A DNA stretch of 64,000 bases. Origin: Lama glama (taxonomy: Eukaryota). The stretch covers positions 56,670,001-56,734,000 of the forward strand of contig CM052817.1 in NCBI GenBank assembly GCA_028534125.1, written 5' to 3'. Position numbers and translations under genes: made by a program. Below, in pieces: positions 12,450 through 25,869 of this stretch (positions are counted from its first letter, which is position 1; every line of letters starts with the position of its first letter). The notes below the pieces were generated by a model that did not search any database, was not told the DNA's origin, and was given only the letters and a program-made list of their open reading frames with translations.

Positions 12450-12748
12450 TGTCAGAGACAGCTAGCTGCTTACTGAACAGCCATTGTACATTTTTTCTCT
12501 ACAAGTATAACCCTAAATATATAATGTAGCAATATTAATGTACACAACTGAAAACACCATTCCTCAGCCTGTCTTACAGGTGAGGGTGGCCGTGTGATTA
12601 AGCACTGGCCAGTAAGCTATAATAAGATTTAAAAATTACTTCCAGCAAAACTCCTTTAAAAGGCAGGATATGTCTTTTCCCTTTTCCCTTCATTTTGCCT
12701 AGAATGTATATGTGATGGCTAGAGATTCAGCAATTCTTTTGTGACCAA
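12450..12748 (+). mobile_element. MLT1J/I-like MaLR LTR fragment
   Basis: tgtcagagacagctagctgc...cattcctcagcctgtcttacaggtgagggtggccgtgtgattaag...gatggctagagattcagcaattc. Confidence 0.65.
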
Positions 12749-13443
12749 ATATATTTGTTCACTGCAGCATTCTAGTCCAGAACAGTGCCTAATATGGGGC
12801 TCAAAAATATCTGTCTAATAACTGTATGAATGAATAAAGCAATGAAGCAGAAAGATCTCTTCCTCAGTAGATGCCTTGTCTTAATCTCTTACTGAGATTC
12901 TTTTTGTTAAAGATTGCCATTTTTAAGGCCAGGCTTTGGGATTATTGGCTATATTTATTAGCTACGTGCCCTTTAGTAAGTCACTTACTATTCATAAACT
13001 TTGGTTTTACTATATGTAAGCTGAGATAACAATACCTATCTTGCATGGTATAAGCTAATGACATACATCTCAATAAACAACTTCTTATTTCTTCTTATTT
13101 CATCATTACTATACAAACACTCATTTCAGAATATTATGTAATTTTTCAAAATAAAGTATGTATAAAAATAAAGGTGGAAAACCTTCATTCTTTATTCTTA
13201 TATTGTTTTCTATTGACAAGATAGAAACTCTAACTAGATTATTAAAATATAGTTTCATATTAAGGATGGCACACTCAAGGAGATTTTTCTACATGAATTC
13301 CATCAGAGAGATAAAAATGAAACAGAAGAATTCAAGGGAGGGAGGGATTTCTTTTGGCTGGGCATACCAGAAAAGCTTTCAGAAAAGAGGCAGCACAGTG
13401 GCCAGGGTCTGATGGATGGAATAAGATGGAAGAAAGGTCATAC

Positions 13444-14089
13444 TGCAACTGGTGTTTCAGGTTCTTGTCCCGTCCCAGAAAGAATTCAGAGACAAGACTT
13501 AGAGGTTAAAAAAAGGTTAAGTGAGGCTTTATTAAAGGATGGATAGTACACTCTCAGGGGAGAGTGGGCAGGCTCAGGTGAGCGGCTGCCTTGAGTTTCT
13601 TTGGCAAGTTAGCTACATAGGGTGTAAAAATGAATGGGCGGAATATTCATTGGGGAGGGAAGGGTTTGGGGTCCTATTCCTTGATTATCATCCCAACTCC
13701 ACCTACCCAAAGGGAGGAGGGAATTTTGTCCTTATTTAGCCTGGATCAGAAGTGTCATGGCGTCAGTGCATGATGGGTACTTCTGATCTGCAAGGCTAAT
13801 TTTATTGAAATGAGGGCATAATGAGCAAAAGGTTACATTCGCACACTGGAAATTCCTGCCTTTTCTCACCTTTCTTTGTTCTTCTCCAGGCCACTTGCCA
13901 TCCCAAAAGGCATGATCCCTTATCTGCCCCAAGGTTCCTGCTTTTCTTTCTTTTCCCAAGGACCCCTGCTGCTTACATGACGTGTAGTTTCCTGCATTTG
14001 GCTTGTGCCCCATCTTTCTGCCCAATTCCTGCCATTTGGTCTGTGCCCCCCTTTCTCTGCTCATATCTAGCTATCTGCCTGCTCTGACA
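13444..14089 (-). mobile_element. Young ERV1-class solo LTR (646 bp) with perfect 4-bp TSD
   Basis: TG...CA termini. ATAC at 13440-13443 and 14090-14093. Minus-strand AATAAA near 13528-13533. GC-richer than the flanks and inserted into L2-like sequence. Confidence 0.85.
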
Positions 14090-15179
14090 ATACCAGCTGA
14101 CAGAACAGCATAAGACATAGAAATAGAAAATGTGTTCAGGTGGCAATTGATTTGGTTTGACTGGAAAGTAAGAAATGTAAAAGGAGTATTAGAATATGAG
14201 GATTGAAAGGCACCAAGATGTAGCTTATTTGGAAAAATAATAGTTAACTTTCTGAAAAGGAAGATGCTGTGTACAACTATGTTCACATTCTTTACTTTGT
14301 AGGAAGATGAGTTTCTGGAAGTGGGAGGGGAGACTGAATCAGAACTACTTCGAAGCACTGTGATGCTGCCCCTGTGATGATGCAATCTTAGTGTCTTTCA
14401 CTGACACATGTTCATCTTTTTCGTCAATCACCTGAATTCATGACAGATTCCAACTACCTATTCTACTAGCCCGGGGTGCAGAGATATTTCTGATGCCTTT
14501 CATAATGCTTCTAGAAACCCCTGTTCTCTTTACCTTCTTGTCCACTCCCTGGACAAGAAATGTGCCTCCTACCATGATTAAAGGCCTATTTAACATCTCA
14601 CTTTATATACTTCTTTTGATTTTTTTTAATAGACCAGCTCTATCATTTGAACATCTTGTGGCAGATATGATGGGTCAAACAGTTTACCAGGCCGTGTCAG
14701 ATTCAACAGCAGATACTGCAGAACACACATAATAGGGAGGGTATATTGGCTGGGAGAGTGTTAGCCCAGCCAAAGTAAAACAGAAACAGAAACAGAAAAA
14801 AAAACCTGATTTCAGGATATTAAATTTTTTCTCCAGAATTGTATTTTTTTTTCTTTCAAAACCTTCTTACCCATTTCACAAAGTAAAATCTTGCCTTATC
14901 CAAGAAAGTTTGGATTTTATTGTGACATTTAATTACTCTATTGTTAAAAGGAGGAAAAAAAGGAAAGAAAAGGAAAAAAAAAAAAAAAAGAAAGGCATTA
15001 CATAAGCCAGTGGCCCACAACTCTTCTGATTCTCTTTTGATAATGCATGTGACAACCAGAATAATGCACGTGGAGATACTCTTCCCAGCACTCAGTCTGC
15101 TTCTTTGTCAACTTCAATGGCAAGGTTCACTGAATGGTCTCATTGTCTACAAGCAGCTCCAGAGACCCTTAAAACTCAC

Positions 15180-15255
15180 CAGTCAGGCTGGGAGAATCAG
15201 TAGATATTTGGCCTTTTATCACAGGATGAATCCACAGACTGACACACCAATTAAA
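15180..15255 (-). other. Candidate orphan exon (76 nt), coding status unknown
   Basis: Minus-strand acceptor ttcattcctcctactctacctag| and donor ctg|gtgagt, in repeat-free sequence. Confidence 0.3.
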
Positions 15256-16234
15256 CTAGGTAGAGTAGGAGGAATGAAGTAACTTGAACAAATCTCATCG
15301 GTTAATGACATTCCAGCCTTCAGCTGTTCTAAGTTTCTGAAATGTCAAACACTGAGAAATCTTTTTTGAGTATCTCGTTCACTGGGGGAGTCAGGTAGCC
15401 TCAAAAATGATGCAAATTGCTCCTGGGGCGTGGCGTGGAGCAGTCTACCTCCTGCTTTTCATACATTTCGTGGAACTAGTTGATCAAATCACCAGACTCT
15501 GTACATCAGAAGGCAGTCATAACTCTTTTGAGAATATGTGAAAGTCAAAATTAGAATCAATTATGGATTAAAAATGCAGTGAAATCTTTAATCTGCCTTA
15601 GATACAAGTAGCAACATCTAAGGGTAGTCTTCATCATGCTTGAGACACTTGAGAGGATTCAGAGTCTGAGAGGATTCAGTTTATTTATATCTAAATGCAA
15701 TTTGGAATGATTCATAAATTGGTGAATACTGAAGATTAACAGACCCCTAATTAAAAATGTTTTGTTGGTGTGATGAACAGTGCTTTCTTTCATGAAACAA
15801 GATATAGGAATACTCTGAAATGTTTTCTCTGCTTTTTTCACTTTTACCACCCTCTTTTTCATGTGGGTGCTATAAATGCCAACTCTCTCATGCCAGTATG
15901 CTGCCATCTTACCAAGACTCTTTCTGTGAAAAGATTGTTTTCAATTATTGAGATCAGATTTCTAAGTTCTTAATAGCAAACATACTAAATGTTGGTAGCT
16001 GAATCTACAGCTAAATCTACCTACTCTATTTTCTACTCTCAATCAATAACTGTTTTGGCCTGCATACCAGTGGAGGGTTGGTTTGTTTGTTTGGTGGCAT
16101 ACTTTCATCAGAAATGTAGAAAAGAGATGCTTATTTCAAGGAAACCAGTAACACTTTCCTGGAAGTATTTGATTTTTTGTCTTAATTTTGGTGATTGACA
16201 GAAAAGATATCCTAAATGGCAGAATAAGCAGAAT

Positions 16235-16460
16235 AAACATTCAAAAACGTTGGCATCATCCAAACATGGGTTTAAACCCTGGTTTCACTGTGCACTATTT
16301 GTGTAACTTTGGGTGAGACTCTGAGTCTCAGCTTCCTCATTTGCAAAAGGACATTATCTACATTGTAAAATTGTAAGGAAAATTTGAAAAGATAGTATAT
16401 TTAATGGTTTTCATGCCATGACACATACACAGGAGATACTCAACAAAAGACAGCATACAA
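16235..16460 (+). mobile_element. MIR
   Basis: tgggtttaaaccctggtttcact...tgtgtaactttgggtgag..ctctgagtctcagcttcctcatttgcaaaa. Confidence 0.75.
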
Positions 16461-17126
16461 CAAATAAATTATTGCCAGTCTTCATTTCTGTCTGTAGAGC
16501 TGTAAAAACATCAGAAAGCTCACAATCTAATTCTGACAGTGTAGTCTTCTCAAATTAACAGAAACCATCTCCATCCAAACATTTGCCATAATATATGACA
16601 AAGGATCTCCTAAGTTGGGTCACACATAGAAGGTCCTGAGACATGCTAGTGTCTCAGACTTTGATCTGATAGATCCAAAGAGAAACTATTGATATTGGGC
16701 TTCTAAAATTGTGGTGATGAGGAACAGAACAAAACAGAAGCTTAAATGTTTGGCAAGATGATACCATGAGAAAACCTGCCTCCCTCTACACTGACCACTT
16801 TCCCTTTAAATATGACCTCTGTTTCATGAATTAGGTATACTGACACAAAAGGAAGAAATGTGAAAAGTCATCCAAGGAAGAAAGTATGAGACAATAAAGA
16901 TAGCCTATTTTCTCAGTTACCTTCAACTGAATGCAGCCAAATGAAAGTTACGAGATTCCTTTAATTAGTTTTGGAAATCCATGCTTGCAATATAGTGGAG
17001 GGAGATGCTGGTCTGCCCTACTACAATTTTCTTTGACTTGATATTAAAGCCACTGTTTCTGCCCTTTAATGTTCTACAGCATTTTCCCTTTTCTAATCTG
17101 TCACTTCAATTTTACCAAAGTATGCT

Positions 17127-17975
17127 TTTTTTTCTTTGCAATTATACTGAGGTATAATTGACATACAGTACTGTGTAAGTTTTAAGGTGTACGGCACAGT
17201 GATTTGACTTACATATATAGTTTAGAGAACATCTATCATCTCATATAGATACAGAATTAAAGAAATAGGAAAAAGTTTTTGTGATGATAACTCAAGATTT
17301 ACTCTCTTAAAGCTTTTATATATAACATACAGCACTGTTAATCATGTTTATCATGTTGTACATCACATCCCTAGCACTTACTTGTCTTATAACTGGAAGT
17401 CTGTTCCTTTTGACTTCTTTCATCTAATCCCTCTTCTCCTACTCCCTTGCCTCTGGTCCCTCACAAGTCTGATCTCTTTCACGTGAGTTCGTTTCTTGGT
17501 TTTTGAAGTATAAATGACCTACAGAATTGTGTGAGTTCCTGTTATACAACAGTGATTTGGTATTTCTATACATTTCAAAATGATCACCACAGTCAGTCTA
17601 GTTATGATATATCACCATACAAAGATATTACACAGTTAGTTATTGACTTCATTCTCCACCCTGTGTATTTCATACCCATGACTCATTTATTTTGCAACTA
17701 GAAGTTTATACCTTTTCCTGTCTCTCACCTATTTCCTTCTGCTCCCTTCTCCCCCAACCCCTCTGGCAACCACCTGCTTATTCTCTGTATCTGCGACTCT
17801 GTTTCTGTTTAGTTATGTTTGTACATTTGTTTTATTGTTTAGATTCCACATATAAGTGAGATAATATGGTATCTGTCTTTCTCTGTCTGACTTATTTCAT
17901 TCAGCATTATACCCACTAGGTACATCCATGTTGACACAAATGGCAAGATTTCACACTTTTTATGGCTGAGTTTAT
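17127..17975 (-). mobile_element. L1 3' UTR fragment (L1MA9-like / laurasiatherian L1)
   Basis: Poly-T followed by tgaggtataattgacataca...ctctggcaaccacc...ttagattccacatataagtgagataatatggtatctgtctttctctgtctgacttatttc. Confidence 0.85.
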
Positions 17976-17994
17976 ACATAAACACACATCTGTA

Positions 17995-18400
17995 TGAAAC
18001 AGCCCACATGTCCCAGCTTTCTTATAGCCATGGGTGGCCAATGAGCTTCAAGTAGAAGTCTCCCAGAGATTTCTGGGAATGTTTCACCTTCTAAATGTAT
18101 TAGTGTCCTTCCTTCTTATTCCTTCCTTCTTCTTCCTGTCTGAAAATTGGGTGGAAATCTGTAAATTGGGTAGCTTCTTTGAGATTATGAGACAATCAGG
18201 AGAGTGAAATGACAGGCTTTGGATGATGGGGTGGAAAGACAGTAGGAGCTTAAAATGTTGATGTTTTAAGGCTCCCATATCATCACTGTATCACTTGTCC
18301 TTAGACTTTTATTTATCTAAGAAACATAAGCTTTTATTTGGTTAAACTGCTATAGTCAAACTTTTGATGATTGCAGGGGATATACTATCTGAAAAGATAC
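17995..18400 (+). mobile_element. MLT1J/K-like MaLR LTR fragment; 5' part probably ~16990-17120, split by the L1
   Basis: cacatgtcccagctttcttatagccatgggtggccaatgag..aagtagaagtc and ttggttaaactgctatagtc. Confidence 0.6.
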
Positions 18401-19189
18401 TCTTTTTTTAAATAAGAAATTTTTACAATCTACATATATAGATTAAAAATATAAATATATATGATTTATTAATACAGATCTCTGTTTCAACACTGTTTGG
18501 CTTAGGATAAGTAGTTTTAATTATCAGGATCTTAGCACCCAAGAGTGAGCTAGTTAAGTCATATTTAAGTGATTTTTTTTTCCTTCTAAAGTTCTAGAAT
18601 TCCATGAAATGTCCAAATGTAATTGAAAAATAAGTATTTCTTAACTTGTACCTGCTCTGTAAATTGAATCAGTCATATCTGAGAGAAGAAACTGAAAATG
18701 TTTTAGAGAGATAGCCAAGGATTTGACCTTGTATAAGCTGGGTGAATGTGGGACAGGACCTCATACACTCAACAACTGGAAGCCAAGTAGAACATATTTC
18801 TAATTACAGATAACACAATACAAAAATATTATGTTTAAGTGAGTTTAAGATAAAAAATTAGGACAGAGTTCTGGAGGGTAATACGAGTTCTGGAGGTATT
18901 TATTATCATATAAAAGAAAGAGGCAGGATACTAGAAGCACCTCTCCCATTTGAAGCTGAAGTTGCCATACTGGTCACACTGTGGTAGAAGATGCTAATAC
19001 TTACTTCAAATAGTTATCATTTATTGGGAAAAGATTAATTTAAGTTGTACTACCTGCAAATCACTGGGGAAAATACAAAGGTATGCAGAGAGAAATAACA
19101 ATATGTTCAGGAAGCTTTGAATCCACCAGATAAGGAAGCTTCATAAATAACCATAAAATAGCTTGAAATGGTATAAGGGGCATAAAAGC

Positions 19190-19293
19190 AGGGTGACCAT
19201 GCATTTGGTTTACCTAGGATTAATTCTGTTGTCCTGGCTTAATTGTTCACATTGTTCCCTTCCATACTTAAAAGTACTTAACAATGGTTACAC
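19190..19293. mobile_element. MER94-like hAT-Blackjack MITE
   Basis: agggtgaccat...tgttgtcctggcttaattgtt...cttaaaagt...atggttacac with degenerate TIRs. Confidence 0.6.
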
Positions 19294-20619
19294 AGGTTTG
19301 AAGTAAATTTTATTTTATATATTTATCAATCCAACATGCTGATTTTTATCCCTCCCGCCTTTTGCAATAATACAGGAACAAAATTTTAAGTCTCCGAATG
19401 TGTCCTTATGCTCATTAATCTACCAACTTGCTTCCTTTCCATCTCATCTAGTCATTAGCATCACAAAAGAAATCTAAATAAAATTTGAAGAAGCAGTATT
19501 TTCAAGGATAGTGATTTAAATGGTACATTATAGCACCTTTAGAAAATACATTGAATTAGAATAAGTAAAAAAAAAAAAGAGTAAATTCAAAGCACAAAAT
19601 GAACCTGTAGGGCATACATGAGAATTATTAATAGAGGAGAGATTAAGAGCATCCTATTTGCCTAAGGAAAGATGCTGTTAATGTGTTCTCTGATTGTAAA
19701 AGATAAAACTTTGCTCCCATTATAAGTGACATTTATCAAATAAAATGGTAATATCCTATTTTACATTATTAGCTGTAGTATTAGTTCTTCTGGCCAGAGT
19801 TGACACCCAGAAGACACTAACAGGGGATGATGATGAAAAAATAACTACATTAAAGCTATGTATGATGGCACTGAAAGCGTAGCACACAGTGGGAGGTTTC
19901 TAACTGATCTGTGGTTTTAGGGCTTATTCTTCCCCACAGGAAGCAGTTTAGGGTCACTTATGGACTTTTATGATTGGTTTTAGCTTTTTTCTTTTCTGAT
20001 TATGATAAAGAATAAAAATGCTTTTCATATCCTTAGCACCCACTGGAGAAATCATCTTCTTTCCTAATAATAATAGGAAGTGCTGTAATTAAAAGCAGAG
20101 ACTTTATTCCTTCCCAATAATTTGACTTAGCATAAATCCCCTATAGTAAAACCATTTATCTATGGTTTGTTGAGAGATAATTATAAATAGACTTTAAAAA
20201 GCAGTTTTGGTTAATAAAGCAGCACCACAAATTGAGCAGGATTAATCAATTCCATTATTCTGTACTTCAAAATAAATGAGGAGGGGCAAGACAACAGAGC
20301 AAGGAGACTTTCCCATTTTCTACTAAAGTAAGCCATCCTGCTTTAATCACTGTTACCCAAAGTGAACTAAAGAGATTTATAAATCACTTATTAATGCTGA
20401 AAAGAAAAAAAAAGTTCCCAGGTATAGACAGAAGTTATTAAAATATTACCAAAAAAGTATAATTTTATGGGTTTAATGAAAGATTAACTGGGAGTAGAAA
20501 TTTGATTGAAAGGCTGGTTAAAAACAAATCATAAAATAAAATCCTCCTTCTTCATCTGTTCTTGAGGTTCTTGTCTCTCAATACTTAGAGAAGATTTCAA
20601 GTTTCCAAAGGTGACATTT

Positions 20620-23605
20620 AAAAGTGGCAAAGTGAGAATTTTTACCCTTATCTTTCTGGTACCTCAATGATGAGGTCTATCCTCTTCTTTGCCAACCTAA
20701 GTCCTTAGGACCATTTCATTTTCACATGATTATCTAGTTAGCTTAATCAGTGTCCCAGTATCACTGTTCCTTAACTACAGAACTCAGAACAATTCACCTT
20801 TAAGGTAAGCAAAGACTCTTAGGACCCCACAATAGGATTCTCTATCTCTTGGACATTCTTTACATTTGAAATCTTGACCTTCCGATTTTCACTTTCTGGC
20901 TATAGCCATCTCTTCTTTTACATCCACTAAGGATATGCTCCAAATGCACCAATTACTCAATAATTTTTAATCACCATTTCTCTTGACCCTGTTCTATACC
21001 TTTAAAATTCCTGTCTATGTTTCATCTAGACCCACTGGTTAATGACCTCAAATAATTCCTAATTCTTACCTAGCATAATTTGGTTGAAAGGGCGCTAGAT
21101 ATAAAGACATATGCAGGTTAAAATTCTGTTTCTGCCATTTAGAACTTGTGACCTTCTCTAAGGCACTATGATTTCTCAGCTTTAGATTCTTCTTCAGTAA
21201 AATGGAAGTAATGTCTACCTCTAAACATTTTGTGATGATTAAATAAGGTAATGTGTGTAAAGTTGATCAGTAGATATAGAAGCTAAATAAAGATTAATTC
21301 CTCCTTCTTTTTTTTCGTTTCTTTGTCCTTATGAAGAATTCCTACCCCAAGACCTAGCCAACTAACATGTATGCTTCTACAACTATGCTATTAAACTGTG
21401 ATGTGAAAATACCGTATCTGGCCTCAATTAAACAACTGCAGTAAAGTTTGAAATTCCTTTTACAGCTCTCTATAGGCTGTTCCCTTTAGTGCCCCTTTTT
21501 TTGGTTATTCTAAGTCTTTATTATATGTGTACAACTCCGTCTCAGTCTGCTATTCTCAGTCCCAGCAAATTATCTTGCATCCTCCTCCTCTGAGAATCTA
21601 ATAGGCTATGAAACATTAACTACATCAACTTCTCTCCTACCACATTCAAACTCATCTATCTACTATCTACCAACCTACTATCTCCCCCATACCTATTCCT
21701 CTTCTTTATGTCTCAAAAGAGATGTCTCACCTCACCGCCAAGACAGACAGCTCCATCCATGTTAATTTCTCATTCCCCTCCTGTTCCATTGGGAACCCTA
21801 TTTTATTGATGATACCCTCTTTTTGTTGGAGTTTGTACTTTTCTTCTCAGCATATTGAACATATTTATTATTTTCTATTTAAAGATATTTTCTTGGTCAT
21901 ATATTTCTCCCAGAACATAATCCTTGCTCTGTAATTCACCTTACTGCCCAAGTCCTTGAAAGAACAGACTGTATTTATTTTTTTCATTTTCTCACTTCCC
22001 AATCCCTTCTTAACCCACAGAGATAACTTCTGCCTTCATTACTTAATAAAATAAATTTTTATATTATAGCTAGGCCCTTCATAAGTTCAGAATCTAGTGA
22101 GAATTTCAAATTCATTATTTTGCTTGATCTCTCAGAAGTATTTGCCACTGTCGTCTTCTTAAGAATTTTTCCCCTCTTGATCTCAGAATATCGTTCTCTT
22201 CCTAACTCTATTACTAATTCCCTCTTTTCCCTTCATTTTACCCCACATCTTTACACAGCCTTGAAATACTCTGTTTACTAATTTCTTTGATCTTCTTTGA
22301 TTTTCTCTTACTGTAGACATTTCCCTCTCAAGGTCATATTCATGCTCATGAAATCAATGGCCAGATAAAATTTGAGAATATTCATATTTGCATTTTGCCC
22401 TGTACTGATTCTTGAGCTACCAGATAAATATCTACATATCTAGATATCTACAAATGGACATTCTCTTCTTAATTAAAGGATCTCCATTAATCCAGCATCC
22501 AATATAAACACTTGACATAACTCTCTATGTAGATAATGTCTATCCATGTTAGAGTGTGAGTCCAAGCAACCGGGGACAGATTAGTGGTCGTGTCTCCAGA
22601 CAGTCAAGAGGAAAATAAAAGTGAGCCTAGGGTCAAATGAATACCCTAAGTCAAAGCTAAGAAAATAAAATAAAATAAAACACACCTGGAAAAATTACCC
22701 AGAAAGTTCCTGAGTGATAGTTTATAATAGTATGGGAATGTCCATGGTTTGTGGTTGATATTGACTGCCAAACTATTCATGGGTAGACCATGTTGACCTA
22801 AAGGCAGAATCAGTGAACACTGGTCCTTGATTCATCAGTTTCTAACATTTTTATATAAAACCAATCCAATTACCAAATCAACTTACTCCCACCACCTAAA
22901 CATATCTCAGACTAATTCTCTTATCTCCATCCCATTGTCACTGCTTCAGTTCAGGTCATCATCATTTGTCACATTCACTATTGCAAAAGCCAGCTAATCA
23001 GTCTTTCTTGGTCCCAATGCTACCAATCTGTTCAAGTCTAATGAATCTTCCACATTGCCTTCAGAATGATCTTTCTATATGAACCTGGTCAAGTTACACT
23101 ATTGCTGTAAAAGTCCTCTGCTAAAAAGTTAAAATCGAAATCCCCTAGCATGCTGAACAAGAATATTCACAAACTTGCCCCTGCCCATTTTCTAGGCTTA
23201 GCTCCAACTGCTTTGGTCAATCGTATTCCTTTTTACTCACTATGACATTCTTTCACACCCCTGTATTCCCTGCTGGGCCTGACTGTTATGTCCTAAAATC
23301 CATGTTTTCACCCAGTGAAATAGCAGTGATTCTTTAAATTTTAACTGAAATAAATTTTAACTGTCTTTGTCATGGTTGCCTGTTATGTGCTGCAAGTGGC
23401 ATAAATTAATATTGCCATAATTAACTAAGTATCATATCCTAAGATTCTGTGATCTACTTGAGGTCGGGTTCCACATTTATTTACATGTGCATGCCCCATA
23501 TTCTGATGTGTGCCTAACACCAAAAAGTGCTCAAAAATATCTGTAGTTGAACTGTTTGGATGGATGGATGGGTGGGTGGGTGAATAGATGAATTAATGAG
23601 TGACA
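20620..23605 (+). mobile_element. Long degraded L2 (ORF2 remnant to 3' tail) with nested MIR (~21070-21300)
   Basis: C/T-rich L2 body, e.g. ttgcttgatctctcagaagtatttgccactg and ccacattgccttcagaatgatctttct, ending gtgcctaacac...gtgctcaaaaatatctgtagttgaa plus a (tgga)n tail. Confidence 0.75.
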
Positions 23606-24471
23606 GGTCACTGTAAAAATTACCATGTCCCATATAAATTCTAAGCTGGTTTGAGTATATTTAACTATGGGAAAATATTCTTAGTACTTTTGGAAGAAGA
23701 CTCACAGTTAATCACAGAAAGTGAAAAGGATTGCCAGCCCCAAAGGGGAAGCCCTTCTTTCAGATACTGGATGACAAGATCAATACTTCTTACAGTTGCT
23801 ATTTAAAAATTCTAAATGATATTTAAATACATAAAAATTACTACTTCTGTCAGTAATTACAGCTTCAGAGTTGATTTAATGCAGACTCAGGGGATAAATT
23901 AGTATCTGGCAACTAATCAGTAATTATGAAGGGAGTGAAACTCTGATCAATAATCACTCCTGCTCTCTCTTGCCCTTCTCCATCATTATTGATGCCTTTC
24001 CTTACCAGGCTCAGCACCACTCACTTCCCAAGGAAGTTTATGTGGGGTGTGCTCAGCCTCAGAAATTATCATCTGTCATGACCAAGAAGTGACAGGGAAA
24101 GAATTCATTCTATGCCTCTAGCCAGGTTTCAGTTTCTTGCCTGACACTCACCCAGCCCAATGTCCCAGTCTGCTCAGTGAGGGCTTACCTATCTTTTATC
24201 AGCTTTATTTCATTTTGGGTGAATAGATGGGTAACTCAACTTAAATCACTATTGCCTTCTCCATTAGCTTCAGTACTACCTGCAATCTGAAGTTTTCTTC
24301 TGAATCATCTCACTGTTTTATTACAACGTTTGCTTAAATCAAACTTGTGTTTGCACCTTACCTTCGTACACCCTATATGTGAAGCTGGACCTCTTCTAAG
24401 GTGCTAGTTCTAGAACCTAGATGTGTTTCTAAGTTCCCTATTAAGTTCACTCTTCAGCTTACATCATTTTA

Positions 24472-24688
24472 CAGTGGTTCTTGATGCAGGGGCAGTGGAC
24501 ATACTGTCCCGTGTGAGACATTTGGCAATGCCCAGAGATGTTTTTGGTGGTCACAGTGGGGGATGCAACTAGTCGGGCAGGGATGCTGTTAAACATCCTA
24601 TCATGCACAGGACAGCCCCCAGATCCACCTCACAATAAAGAATTATCTGACCCACAACGTCAAATAGTGTTGGGGTTGAGAAATCCTG
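24472..24688 (+). mobile_element. MER20 (hAT-Charlie)
   Basis: cagtggttct...gacatttggcaatg...gggatgctgttaaacatcctatcatgcacaggacagcccc...aagaattatctgaccca..gtcaaatagtgttggggttgagaaatcctg. Confidence 0.9.
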
Positions 24689-25869
24689 CATCTAGCATTT
24701 TTCTCTTCCTTGTACACCACTGGTGCTTAAAGTACCAATATGCCCATGGCTGTACTGACTTCAGTTATAAACCCAGGACAAAAAGCATATAAAGTTTGTC
24801 AAACTGTGATACTATAATTTAGTCACTTATACTTCTTTTTGCCCAGGTTTCCCATCTTGATGAAATAACAGCTGACCATCCCTCTTCTACAGAGGGCTCT
24901 GGAGGTTTAATAAATCCATTTTAATGAGGAGCTTTGCCGTCCTCAGGTGAAAAATGCACCAAAAGTGTTATTCCCATCACAAGAGAGAGCAAGGATTACT
25001 TTGCAGATTGGCATGTGAAGTTCATTCTTGCAATGCACCTCCATCTCATAGCTCCAAAAAGTGCAAAATTCGCCCATAAAAAATAGAAGTGGACTGACAA
25101 CTTCAGCATTTTCTTTTTCCTCTTTCAGGATAAGTGGAGTCACTGAAGAATCGACTGTCAGGTGATTGCATCTCTAAATTATCCAGTGCATCAGCTACCA
25201 CTGTTATTAAATTCTCTGCTTGGTTTACAGAATCCCCTAATGTATAAAGCAGGCAGTAGATACAGATTACATTGATTTCACAAAAGGAGGTATTAAAAAG
25301 TCCATAATGTACCCACCAAAAGTCTCAATCTGGCAAATGTGGTATATATAAAGCTGTAAGGATTGGAAGGGAAAAGATTAGAGACTTTGTCTTCCTAGAG
25401 TTCAGAAAAAGATAGTTTCCCCCATCTGACAGGATTGGAATGTTGATCTGCCTCTGGGAAGCTGCCTATATACAGTAGCCTAGATGGATTTAGTTTGCTT
25501 TCCTTCCAAATGAACCTACAATTAAAAGGCTCTTTAAGAATCTAAATTTAACTTTTTACACATTTTTTATTTTAACTAGAAAGATATTACTATTTTCCCT
25601 TTTGCACATTACTTTATTTTTTATATATATTCTAACATGATTGCAACCATGTTGAATTTTAGTTGTATAGTCTTTTAACTACCTTAATTATCCTTTTAGC
25701 AAATTAAAATATTCAATTCACTCATTTGTTTATTCATTCATTGTTCTTTCAAGTAAATATCTATGGAGTGCATTCTCCAAGACAGTATTACATTCAATTA
25801 CTATATCCATAAATACCACTGTGCCTGAACCACTAACTTCTTTTGCTTGGATTACTTTGAGAACTCTCC

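Noticed and set aside
13539..14087. ORFs of 66-110 aa
   Set aside because: They lie within the solo LTR and show no gag/pol/env features.
14941..15282. 113-aa ORF with an NLS-like lysine run
   Set aside because: TTG start; the lysine run is just a poly-A tract; no recognisable domain.
24000..24365. Several minus-strand GTAAG/GTGAG donor-like sites
   Set aside because: No convincing paired acceptors; expected by chance.
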